NCBI GenBank assembly: GCA_013265495.1
Contig: MU058052.1
Location: 13,706 to 77,705 of the forward strand
Direction of reading: 5' to 3'
From: Vicugna vicugna
Lineage: Eukaryota
Length of the DNA stretch: 64,000 bases
The notes below the pieces were generated by a model. The model saw nothing but the letters and a program-made list of their open reading frames with translations, was not told the origin of the DNA and searched no databases. Both the position numbers and the translations under genes were made by a program. Positions 38,548 through 50,569 of the stretch are shown in pieces. Numbering within the stretch: the first letter of the stretch is position 1; each line of letters starts with the position of its first letter.

Positions 38548-39750
38548 CTTTTAATTTCTTTTTTTTCTTTAACTTATTATGTATCTTTTTTTCTTAACTT
38601 TTTTTTAATTGAGTTACAGTCATTTTACAACGTTGTGTCAAATTCCAGTGTAGAGCACAATTTTTCAGTTATACATGAACATATATACATTCATTGTCAC
38701 ATTTTTTTCACTGTGAGCTACCATAAGATGTTGTATATATTTCCCTGTGCTATACAGTATAATCCTGTTTATCTATTCTACATTTTGAAATCCCAGTCTA
38801 TCCCTTACCTCCTATGGCAACCACAAGTTTGTATTCTATGTCTGTGAGTCTGTTTCTGTTTTGTACTTTTTTTTTTTTAGATTCCTCAAATGAGCAATCC
38901 CATATGGTATTTTTCTTTCTCTTTCTGGCTTACTTCACGTAGAATGACATTCTCCAGGAGCATCCATGTTGCTGCAAATGGCTTTATGTTGTCGGTTTTT
39001 ATGGCTGAGTAGTATTCCATTGTATAAATATATACACACTTCTTTATCCAGTCATCTGTCAATGGACATTTAGGCTGTCTTCATGTCTTGGCTATTGTAC
39101 ATAGTGCTGCTATGAACATTGGGGTGCAGGTGTCTTTTGAAGTAGGAGTCTTTCTGGATATAAGCCCAGAAGCGGGATTCCTGTGTCATACGGTAAGTCT
39201 ATTCCTAATCTTTTGAGGAATCTCCATACTGTTTTCCACAGTGGCTGCACCAAACTGCATTCCTACCAGCAGTGGAGGAGGGTTCCCCTTTCCCCACAGC
39301 CTCTCCAGCATTTGTCATTTGTGGACTTTTGAATGATGGCCATTTTGACTGGTGTGAGGTGATACCTCGTTGTAGTTTTGATTTGCATTTCTCTGATAAT
39401 TAGTGATATTGCGCATTTTTTCATGTGCCTATTGATCATTTGTATTTCTTTCTATTGTATTTCTTTGTATTGCTTGTTTAGGTCTTCTGCCTATTTATGG
39501 ATTGGATTGTTTTATTTTCTTATTAAGTCTTACAAGCTGCTTATATATTCGGGAGATCAAGCCTTTGTCTGTTTCATTTGCAAAAATTTTCTCCCATTCT
39601 GTAGGTTGTTGTTTTGTTTTACTTATGGTTTCCTTTGCTGTGCAGAAGCTTGTAAGTTTAATTAGGTCCCATTTGTTCTTACTTTTATTTCTATTGCTTG
39701 GGTAGCCTGCCCTAGGAGAACATTTTTGAAATGTATGTGAGTGAACATCT
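38548..39750 (-). mobile_element. 5'-truncated young L1 (~1.2 kb, ORF2 C-terminus + 3' UTR)
   Basis: Minus ORF includes [34 protein letters not shown]...[12 protein letters not shown]. The 3' UTR closely matches the copy at 29548-30027. Confidence 0.95.
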
Positions 39751-40711
39751 GTTCTGTATGTTTTCATACACATCAATAGTTTATTTTAACTAAGTGAATT
39801 AAATCACTTTCACCCTAATTTTACTTCAGTGTATTTTAGCTTCATAATAATTTAAAAAATTAACTACCACTAATTAACTGAAAATTAAAATTAAAAATTT
39901 CAAGTGGCTTGAAAACATGGAATGTAAGAGAAGTCTATGTTGACAAAATACTTATAAACATAATTAACATATATACAGAGCTTAGGTAGTATATTTACTG
40001 TACAGGGTAATGTTTTAAGAAGGCATTTATAATACAGTTTATGATTTTATGTTATGTTACCAAAGATCACTATTTAATAAAATGATGTCATGGTTACAGT
40101 TGCATTCAAATATTAAACATTCGTTTTTAGAACAGAATTCCCGTGTATATAGTTAGGCTTGTTTCCCAAACACTAAAGCTCTGTGTTCCCAACATGGTAG
40201 ATGAAGGAATCCTCCACACACATTCGGATCCAAGAACGGAGCATGTGGAGAAGATGTCATTCAGCTTGGCTAAATTTGAAGGGAATCTCTAAAAACACTT
40301 ACCCCATTTCTCAGCATGTTTCCTAGAGCTGGTCCCAGTTAAAGGCAATTTGCCTCGTAAATCCAAGTTTAGGTGATGCCTTCCAATATATATATAGGGA
40401 GGCTTGTTTCCCAAGCTGGGGATCAGTGAGAGGGTGGCTCACTCTTTCATGTACCTCCTTCAACCTCGGAGGGGAGGCATGGGGAGGGGATATGAGGTGT
40501 TACAGTGTTGTACGGTCCGTCAGCAAGGTGGCATCGCCAGGCAACCCCGTCTCCAACCCTTGAGACTGCTGGCCTGGTAAGGCAGTAGAAGCTGTCTGAT
40601 ATGTGAGTACATTCAGTTCGTTCAGCAATCATTTATGAAATATTGCATTTCTAAGGCAGAGTGTGGAAAACCGTGTCACCTTCAAGATGCTCACAGTCTT
40701 GTGAAGAACAA

Positions 40712-40880
40712 AATCATTCCCGGGGGTCTCAAGCCTGGGTGGGCATTTTAATTACCTAGGAGCTTTTTAAAACTGATGCCCAGGATGCACCCATAGACTT
40801 GGAGTGAGGGTTCTGGTGGGGCTGAAAAACGGGCAGTTTCCAAAGTGCTCCTTCTGATTTAACCAGAGCTGAGACCTGCT
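40712..40880. mobile_element. MER5-like hAT-Charlie remnant
   Basis: ggtctcaagcctgg...aattacctaggagctttttaaaactgatgcccagg...ctccttctgatt. Confidence 0.55.
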
Positions 40881-41947
40881 GTGTTTCAGCATCGTGCATT
40901 GTCTGGAAGGACAACCTGTGTGCCCGTGTGAAGGAGGGATGGTGAGAACCTTCGCTTGTGGAGGGAACACATGGCACTAACATGGGAAGCAAGGTGGGTT
41001 CAGATTTTGCAGTTTGGTGCTCAGAGGAGCCCAGGGCTCTGCAACACCAAGAAACAGATAATGTTATCACAGCAGAAAGGTCAAGTGTGGGCCATGAGCT
41101 GTGAGGGAGGGGAGTGACAGTCTTGTGTCCACATGGTGGCATCTGTCTTCCCTAGGCATTGCATGTGCACAAGCAACAGCAAAATCCTTTCCTGCCTCTT
41201 CCAAAAAAATAGCTATGAGAATCCAGGAGTCCATGTTGACATGTGTGAATGAGTGAGAGAATATATAAATAAGAAAATGAATCAATGAATGAGTTAGGGG
41301 GTGAATGAATAAGTGAGTGGAGTGAAGGAATGAATGACTGAGTGAAAATGAATAGAGGAGAAACAAATCTCCTCTCCAGAAGAATTCCAGCAACGGAAGT
41401 CCATACTCCTGCCCTCAGAGAGGGGGAATCAAACCCCATCCTTTCACCTGTGAGCTGTGCACAGACTTTCCTTCCACAGAGGATAGTGTGCAAACCGGGC
41501 AGGGGAGTTACTAAGTACATTTATGGTAAAGAAACCTGACAGGCAGGTGTACAATGCTGAGGTCAATAGTAGAAAGTACACGCTGAAGCCAACCCTTAAA
41601 AGCACCAGCACGCACCCTGGGCTCTGTGGTCACTGAGCCCCCTCATACTGACTGGGGGTGTCTGGGACCCGGGAGACCTTAGTGCTTTCAGTCATGGACA
41701 CAGAGCACAGAAACCCTTGCTCCAAGACTGATGACCCAAAGACTGAGTGCAAAGTCTGAGTCAGTGGTCAAGAATATCACACTGGGCCCTTGCCAGGGTC
41801 CACATTTCGGCTTTTCCACTTAGAAGAGCACGAGCTTGAGTCATTCACATCTGATCTATTGCCATTTGAAGAAACGGAATATTAACCTAACCTCTGAGAA
41901 CAGCTGTGGTCAAGCAAGGGTGAGTGGAGAAGGAATGTGTCATGGGT

Positions 41948-41988
41948 TGTGTGTGCGTGTGTGTGTCTGTGTCTGTGTTGTGTGTGTG
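41948..41988. repeat. Imperfect (TG)n microsatellite
   Basis: tgtgtgtgcgtgtgtgtgtctgtgtctgtgttgtgtgtgtg. Confidence 0.9.
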
Positions 41989-44900
41989 ACAGAATAGTGT
42001 GATGTAAGTGGGAATTCACCCTTCAGGACACACACTCATACAGACAGATGTAAAAGCACACGACAGGCTCACATGTGGACCTCCTCCCAGAATCTTCATA
42101 GAAACAAACCCACACCCTCTAAATAATCTCCTTTCTCCAGGGACGGTGAAATGTGGCCCTCCCTCTTCTCTGGGAAATCGGTTACTCTCACGGAAGCCTT
42201 CACCCCCATTCCCAGTGGGAACCCAGAATCTTCTGGGGCCAGTGAAAGCAAGCAAGGCAGTGCAAGCATCACCACCCAGCTGCTCCCTCAGCAGGCCAGG
42301 GCTCCAGCATGCATGCCTCCCTCCTCTGTCGACACAGCCCTTGGGAACGGAGAAGAGAACCCTGTGGGGACCCAGGGGTCACAGCATCCTGTTCACCATG
42401 GGCACAAGCCTTGCCTTCTCTTCGTGACTTGAGGAAACCAAGTGGGAAATGGTAGTTGCCTTGACGGCCCCAAAGAGACTAGTAAAGGCACCTGCAGAGG
42501 GGGTACCACCTCTTCGTGGGTGACACAAAATTCTTTCCAAGGAAAGAGTCTGCTGATGAAATTGCTCAACTATGTACACTTTGTGACGCGTGCTGCCATT
42601 TAAAAATAGTCTTGGAATCACGTACGTGTTGGTGACAGGCTTTCCCGCGACAAGGTTCCTCCAACCAAGGAAACTGTGAACGTCACTTACATCAGGCACC
42701 TGTTGGTATCTTCAGTTCATGTGAAAAGTGTGAAGCAACATTCTTCTCTCAGGTACAGGGAGGCAAACTCACCCTCAGGCCACAGGAGGCCACATGATGT
42801 GTCTTGATAAGGGGCACTTCGTCAGGCCCGCCAACTACAACTTCCTCCAGGGGAGCTGGCCAGACAGAGAGCAGCTGTGTGCATGTTGTCGTGCTGGTGT
42901 GAACGATTCATGTGTGGACGTGGGGTGTCAGCGTATGGATGTGGGTGGTCAGTGAGCACGCACTGAAAGGTTGTTGGGCATCGTCGTGGGTGGGTTAAAA
43001 AGAGGCACAAAAAGGGACAGCAGAAAAGGGAGAAACAGAGCCTTTGGTTTCCTACCCACGGGGAATGTGATCAATGTGAAGGAGTCAGTCTGAAAAGGAG
43101 GAAACACCAAATTTCGGGCTCTCTTTCAACAAGTGTCCCATGGCTTCTCCGGGCAGCCTATAGTTGGACCAAATGGGTCCTGTCTTCTAGACTTCTTCTA
43201 GATCACGTCTTCCCCCTAGATCCAGAGTTGCCCCTACTGTATCTATCAGCCCCTTTTGTAAGATTGTGTACTTGGTTAAAAATGACCTTTATGGACAGAA
43301 TGGATTCAATCTAAGGCAAAGAATGCTATGGTCTTAGCTCACTAGTCATGTGCCCTAAGGACAATGAAATAGAGCACGTAAGAAAGTGCTTAAGTCCTAC
43401 CATGTAAAAATAGCCACCCTCACTCTTGTGCTATGTTCCTCGCACTCCTCCTTTTCAAATCAATACGAGTGCAACCAATGATTCAGTGACTGTCCATACT
43501 TCCATTAGAGGCTTAATTAAGAGAGAGTTCACGAAGGACGGGGAGTACAGAGTGCGCTCTGAGGTCACGCCCCCAGCTGTGCAGGAGGTTTGCAGCAAGG
43601 GTGATGGGCCCCGGGCTAACAGGCAGGCTGGACTTAGACTTCCTGGTCCCCACTGTCCCTTTAGTGTGTGTGCTTTCAGGATTCTAGCCTCTCCAAGGCT
43701 TCTGGCAGTGTTAGGGAGTACAGTCAGCTCCCATGTCTGGGCCCACTTCCTTATGGGCAGGAGGAGGGAGCTGGGCTCCGTGCTCCGCAAGGACCCTTTC
43801 AGCTCTGAGAAATAAAACCAGATAAAGAAGAAATGATGCTGATGAGACTGCGGATTGCTTCAACCCTTTTGGCGTTTAGTCTGGCTTTAGCTATTAAAAT
43901 AAACCCACACATCTCCTCCAGCCCACTTTTGATTCCAAATTCCAAATTAAAATTCAAAATTCAAAAATTAAAGCTGCAGTCTGCATGGACGTAGTTACGA
44001 GGTTCAGGGCGGCACTGCTGTGTTAGTGAAACAACTAGAAGGGGCTAGCCTGTCTCACATCTGCCACCTCCGTCTGTCAGTCATCCCATCGGGAGCCGGT
44101 TAAGAGCATCCAGCTGCTGGAGCCTGTCTGAATCCTGCCGCCCGTTGGCTGCGCGGCCTCTCTGGAACTCAGTTTCCTCATCTATAAACAGGGCTGATAG
44201 CCAGTTATGTGTTTCCTAGGGTGCACAGCGCTGGCTCATGGTACCCACTGTGAAAATGTGAGCTGTTACTATTACTCAAAAGGCCGTGGCAGATCCACCT
44301 GTCTGGAGAAAGGCTCTGCTATGTTATTAAACGAAAATAGCAAGTTACAGATTTGTGTCTTTGGTATGATCCCCTTTTGTAAAAAAAGAAAGAAGAGAGA
44401 ATGGAAAAGCGCATTGAAACCCTATGAAGCATGTCTGTGTCTGTCTGCATGGAGAAAGGACAGGAAGGGATCTGACGTCAGGCCCCTAAGATTGTTTGGG
44501 GAAGGGAGGGGCTGAGTGTGGGGAAGTGGGCTGGGAATGGATGAGAGAGGGAAAGAGTAAATTAGTCTTTATACGTCTATGAATTGTTCGACTTGTTACT
44601 TCAGTAACTTTAAATCTCGTATAACCTTTACAGTCTCCGGTGAGGTTGAAAAAAAGGAAAGAGAGAAATTGACATCCCAGGAGAGGGAAGGAGGCCATAG
44701 GAAATCTGCTGGCGCATGTGACTTGGCACAGAGAGAACCCTTTGTCACAGTGGATGAAGGGGCTGTCTTTGGGTTCTGAGGGCAAAAGCAGCCTTCCTAG
44801 GTGGGCTTCTCTTTTGAGAGTATCTGTCCTGGTAGGGTCTTGTCCAACCTCTCAAACCAGAAAAAATGCTGACGATCAGAGAGGTCAAGAGACTGGCCCA

Positions 44901-45899
44901 AGGTCACACAGCAGAGTCAGGCCAAAAAGGTAGTGTCCTGACTCCTGGCCCGATAACCTCTCCCTATATGGTGCTGCCTCCCACCTCTGTGCAGAAGCCA
45001 CTCCTTCTGGGAAGAGAAGGGCATGCAGCCCTGTCTGCTTAGTTTCCTTCCCTTCAGCTGACAGTCTTTCCTTCACTCGTTTCCTGAAAGCCCTGCTGGA
45101 GAGTTCAGGACAGTTGAGGCAGCCTGCGTACCCAAGAGGCACTCACAGGTGAGGGGTCTGGAAGCTTCTGGCTCCTACCACTACAAAGACACCTTTTTTC
45201 TAACTGGTGGGAAAATGCTCTGAGGCCAATTTTTTTTTTTGACTGCACTGTTTTGTTTGTTGCTGTCTTAATTATTGCCATGTTATCTTTGATCACTTTA
45301 ACGTTTTGATTTTATGCTTGGGCCCCAAGGCAATTCAGTGAAGGGGATGATTTGGAAAATCAAGAAATAAAGAAATTGTCTACAGAAGAGGTAGCCTCCC
45401 AGGAGCCAAGGACAAAACGTAAGTGCCTAAAATGATTTTTATTAGGAACAAAACAAAAACAAACAACCTGTTGCCAGACAAAAGATATTAGGCCATCCTG
45501 GTTTGTCTTTGTTTTTGTTTTTTTAATTTAATACCAGTTCTCTATTTCTTCCAAGGTCAGAGAAGGATGGAAGACCCAGTTCCTTCTCTACTGCCTCCTA
45601 CAAGTCTTTCACATGTCTGCGTCCAGGCCTGGATTCATGGTATGTGCCCTGCCTGTTCTGCCCTCCTCACTTCTTCAGGAGACGGGCTATAAGCACCCAT
45701 CATTGGCCAGTACTTATTGACTAGGACTGGGGATAATGCAGCCAACAGGAGGACCCCTAGTCTGCCTTCAGGGAATTCACTAAGGCAGGCATTCTCAGCT
45801 GGGGCTAAGGGGATGAAAACTGGTTCTTGGAGGGATGAAAAAAACCTTCCATCTTCCCAATGACTTGCACGCTTATCACACTGTTCACTGCCTCAGTGA

Positions 45900-48580
45900 G
45901 TGGCCCATCCAGCCACCCAGTCAGTAACCAGGGCATAGCCATCATTTGGGGTTGCTAGCCCTCTCTGAGCTCAGCTTCTTGGTTATTGACCTTGTGGCTG
46001 CCCAGTCCACAAAGGCTTTCACTGTCCCTGAAAACTGACCCCATCTGTCTTTACTTCCCTCTCTGCCCAGCCTAGATCCAGGGCCACAGAATTGGGCATC
46101 TCTTTTCCCAAAACTTTAGATCCCTGTGCCCTTTCCCCCTAACCATCTGGCAAAGCCCTGGGCCTGGGTAAACCCCACTAAGTACTTTCCCCTGCCATCA
46201 CATGGGCAGGTGAGCCATGGTGGGCGAAATCACCCAGCTGACAGGACACACAGCATTTACTGACCACAACCAACTGGGTTGTCAACACTGTCAGGCAGTT
46301 GGGGATTTCGTGGGCAAGTTTGCTCCTCAAGTCTCTGAATGCAAACTCCCCTCCTTCCCTCAAACTCCTCACCACCTCTTTCTTGCTCTCAGCGGAAGAC
46401 CTCGCCTCTCACTTGGCAGAAAAAAATAGCAGCTCAAGACGAAATCTCCCTTAACATCCCACTACAAACCTACATCTTCATCTGCACGCATCCTCTCTTT
46501 GTTCCTTCCTTTGGTTCGAGAGAAGTCATCCCTCCTCCTTTCCCAGACCACCCCTCCACCCACGGCCTGATCCCACGCCCGGCACGTGCTCGTGGTCCTC
46601 GCTCGCTGACTATTGCCCCTATTTCCCACACCCTTAATTAGTCTCTCCCCTTGATGTGCCATCAGCCTGAAGACAAACTCAGGTCTCTCCAACCTTTTAA
46701 CGTACCTCCCCCCAACACACACACTGACCCCATCACAGCATCTCTCTCCTCCCCTTCACACAAATTCTTCTCAAAAGACCCACTGCCTCCTTCATCCCTT
46801 GCCGTCAGACCACCGCCATCTGACCCTCTCCATCACTCTGCAGAAACAGTACTCCTTTATTTTTATGAGTTTTGTTTCCTTTTTCAGTTTTATTAGAATT
46901 GTTACAGTATGACTGCACATATACATTACATTGCATGTAAATACATATATACAATATACTGCACGTATTTTTTTTAGTTTACATATGTGTACTGATCACT
47001 GCAGAACAACGCTCCTTAAAGCCACCAACAGTCCCCAGGCCTGTCATGAACCAAAGCTGGTGGTTCCATCCTCGTCCTACCCAACTCTCAGAGCATTCCC
47101 CATTGACTCCTCTCACTTTCCTGGTACTCTTGGCTTCCTTCTGTTCATTTCCTTCCCTACGTCCACTCTCCTGGGTTTTCTCCCACCTCTCAGTCCCTCC
47201 TTCTCAGCCTCTGCAGGTGTATCCTCATTTGCACAGCCCTAATCTGTGGGTGTGCCTCCGAGCTCCATCCTGGGGCTCCTTCTCTTTTCTTTCCAAGTTC
47301 ATCTCTCTGGGCAATCCAGCCCTCATTCTCATGATCATCTCTCTGCTGACAACTTCCCGTCCTCATGTGAGTCCAAATCCAGGCCTCCACGTGCCTACTC
47401 AACATCTACATGCAGTGTCCCAAAGGCCTTTCGAGCTCACCATGTCTGAAGTGGAACTTGCGCTTTTCACTCCCCTCCCCACACCCTCCTCTTCTCACTC
47501 ACCCGCCCCCAACCCGATCCAGTTTACCCTGTCTCAGTGAAACCCACTGCCTGCCTGTTTGCCCAGAAACCTCAGAGTCCATCCTGACACTCCCTCTCCA
47601 TTACCCTCCATTCCTACATATCACTATGATGATTTTATTTCCTGATGACTGGAATCTTCCACCACCGTCCAGCTGCACTGCTACCAGCACCTCCCCCATG
47701 ATGTTCTCCCCAGATGCCTGCTTGCACCCCTGACCCTAACTTGTCTTGTATCTACTCATACACACACTTCACTTTCCACTAGGCATTCACACAGGTCACA
47801 TTAACATGCAAATGTCTTCCTGTCCTTAGGCCTACTCTGTCAGTGGCTTCCTATCACTCCGAAGATGAAGGGAAAGATCCTTAATGTGGAATCTGTCTAT
47901 GCTCACCTTCTACACTCCCTTATTCCCTGCTCTCCCTCTGGGTTCTGCTACAAAGGCCTTTTCTTGCCTCTTCTCTCAGTTGTACCTTCTGCCTCAGGCC
48001 CTTTGCACGGGTTCTTTCTTCTGCCTAGGATTCCCCCCATACCCCTCCTCTCTTGCACATCATTCAGATTTCCTCACAAATATCACTTCCTCAGGGAATC
48101 CTTCCCTAACCCCTAAGAAGAGATCGACCCCTCCATCCTGTCAAATGCTTCCACAGTAATGGTAATACACACACTAGCACAGCACTATCCTTTGCAACTC
48201 TTCTGTGCATTTCTGCTTAGCACTGATTTACTCCCCATGACAACCCTGTGAGCTAGAAATGATAATTATCTCTACTTTACAGGTGAAGAAACTAAGGCAC
48301 AGAGAAGTTATGTAATGCACCCCAGGTCGCCTGGTTACTGAGGCAAAGCTGGAGTTTGAGCCCAAGCCCTATGGCTCCAGCATGGCTTTTAAACGTTCTA
48401 CAATTCCATAAGAAAACACTACCCTTTTCCTTTCTGCACTTACTGTTTGTAACAATGTATTTGTATGACTGTTTGTTTAGTTTGTGTCTCCCAGATTAGA
48501 CTGTAAACTCTGTTGGGCTAGAGAGAGTTCTATCCCCAATAGTAGGTGCTCAGTAAATATTTGCTAAATAGCTGAATGTA
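45900..48580 (+). mobile_element. Long ancient L2 LINE remnant, interrupted by a MIR (~48220-48380) and an AT-rich insert (~46855-46990)
   Basis: Pyrimidine-rich L2-like sequence (ctctcctgggttttctcccacctc, catgtctgaagtggaactt, cagtggcttcctatcactc) ending in the L2 3' end agtaggtgctcagtaaatatttgctaaatagctgaatg. Confidence 0.75.
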
Positions 48581-48879
48581 GGTTAGTCTCCTCCCTCTTC
48601 CTCACTCACCACATCCCAACGGTCACCTGATCCTGTCCCTGTTTCTTCCTGGAGCAGCAGTTCCTAACTCTAGGATGTTCAGGTATGTGTCCTAAAATTG
48701 GATGGAAAATGTTATGGGTTTGGACACCTTCAAATTTTTCTACAGCAAAAGCTAGGTTGTTCATGTTGTCTTCAGCTTATCAATGGGTCCACGAAGTTGA
48801 GAACCGGTGATTCATGTGCTTCCCAGCCTAGCTCACCCTTTCCCTGCCAACCTCCTCACCACAGCCACAGCACCCTCAC

Positions 48880-49482
48880 GTTCGGCTTTGTTCTCCACAA
48901 ATCCATCCTCCATGCTTTGGTCATGGCAGTCTTTTAAAAACACACACCCAGGTCACCCTCCTGCATAAAACCAGTCAGAGTCTATATTGCCTTGGAACAA
49001 AGTGCAAACTCTTCTGGCAGAAGGGGGTGCTATAGGCCCTGCTAACTTCTCCATCCTTTTGTGCCCTCACTCGTTCCCTCTTCCCCCCAACTCTACAGCC
49101 CAGCAGTACAGACTGGGTTTTATGTTTGTGTTTCCCAGCCTGTACCAGGGTGGTTTCTCCTGTCTGTACTCATGCAGTGCCCTCTGCCTGGAATGCCAGT
49201 CCTCTCCTCTGCACCTAGAAATTCCTACTCCATCTTTAAGCATCAGCTTAGATGTCTCTTGGGGTTAGGGGCCCCTCCTTCCTGCTCTCATAGGCTGTGC
49301 CTGTTCCGGACAATGCACAGAAAGACACTGAACCATAGTTTCTTGGTTACCGATTGTCTCTCTCTTGCCCTGTGATCTTTGAGAGCAGCTCCCAGGTCTT
49401 ATTCAACTTTTTATCCCCCAATTCTAGCCAAGCGCTAGCCCAAAGTACGGTGCTCAATAAGGATTTGTACAGTGAATGAATG
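48880..49482 (+). mobile_element. L2 3' remnant
   Basis: gccctctgcctggaatgcc...tctttaagcatcagcttagatgtc...ggtgctcaataaggatttgtacagtgaatgaatga. Confidence 0.7.
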
Positions 49483-49679
49483 ACGACAAATAGCTCATGG
49501 GTTCTAAAAAATCTGTGAAATGAATAAATGAGTGGGTAACCGGAAGTTCGGGTCTAGAGAGAGGTGCAGATTAGGAAATTCAGAGATGAGTAAAACCCGA
49601 TCGCAGCTGTCAGACTTCTAAGTGGAAGACAAATTCCTTGAAGGAGTAAGCCTGAAGGATCTAAGAGGGAGTCATTCAA

Positions 49680-50460
49680 ATCACGGCCGGCCCCGGGGGC
49701 GGGTTCGAGTCGGGCCACGTCCTCCCCCGCCAATGGGAGGTCTCGTTGTCCTCCATGTCTCCGCCCCTTTCACGGGCCGGGGCGGGGCCAGCCACGCCTG
49801 GAGGTAAGACTACACGTCCCGGCGTGCAGCGCGGCCGGAGCGGAGGCGGAGCCGGCAGTGGGACGCGCGAGGTCTAAGGGCAAGCGGGAAGTGGCCGGCG
49901 GGGACGGAGCGGGGCGTGCAGGTAAGCCCTCCTGCTGGGGGTCGCGGGCGTGGCCGAGGCCGGGAAGCGGCGGGAGCTGCTTCCCCTGATCCACTACCGT
50001 GTGCTGCAGGCGGGCTGTGTGTGCGCGCGGCGCGGGAAGTGAAGGGGCAGAGCGTGCCGTGTGTGAGGGCCGCGTGCGAGATCTGGAGGGAGACTGCCTG
50101 CGCCCCCTCCCCTGGCGGCCTGGCGGGCGCCCAGAGCCGGATCCCGCGGTGCGCCGGGACGCGGGCAGGGGAGCCGAAGGAGCCTCAGCCTCTGCCCCCA
50201 GCCCCTGCTGCCCACAGGGCCTCTGGGCCTCGGTTTCCCCATCTGTGCCGTGGGCGAGCCGGACGTGAGATCCCAGGCGCAGGGCTTCGTCACTCCCGCG
50301 CCCCTACCCCCACCCGCTTCCTGGGAGCGGCGGTTTAAAGTTTCGAAGTCTTGGGCCGCGTGGGTAGGCGCGGCCCCCTAGGGTGAGAAGGTTGCTGCGC
50401 GTCTGAAGGGTGGATTGCGACCAGCCCTGGAGGGGCGAAAGAGCGCCATTCCGAGAAGGG
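49680..50460 (+). promoter_or_regulatory. TCOF1: CpG-island promoter of the TCOF1-derived segment
   Basis: Dense CpG. CCAAT at 49730-49734, GC box ggggcggggc at 49779-49788, ZNF143/SBS-type gactacacgtcccggcgtgca at 49808-49828. Directly upstream of the TCOF1 exon-1 homolog. Confidence 0.85.
49950..50059 (+). pseudogene. TCOF1: TCOF1 exon 1 coding part (LisH start), disrupted
   Basis: GTG at 49950 replaces ATG. Reads (V)[23 protein letters not shown], then an extra TG in the (TG)4 run at 50016-50023, then RAAREVKGQS (human [36 protein letters not shown]). The expected CAG|GTAAG donor is absent. Confidence 0.92.
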
Positions 50461-50569
50461 GCTTCTGGCCCCTTAATTGAGATGGAGCTCAGGCCTTAGC
50501 AGCTCTTCTGTACTGAGTCGGACAGCTTTGGGATTCGAACTTGTGGTGCAGTCATTATTTACCCCATCC

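Noticed and set aside
42600..42609. Perfect MEF2 motif TTAAAAATAG
   Set aside because: A single AT-rich 10-mer is expected by chance in 64 kb, and conservation cannot be assessed here.
13000..49000. Further PALLD exons (WFCEGKELHNTPDIQI..., GASSTDSDSE...)
   Set aside because: Looked for but not found; human intron 2 is longer than this interval.
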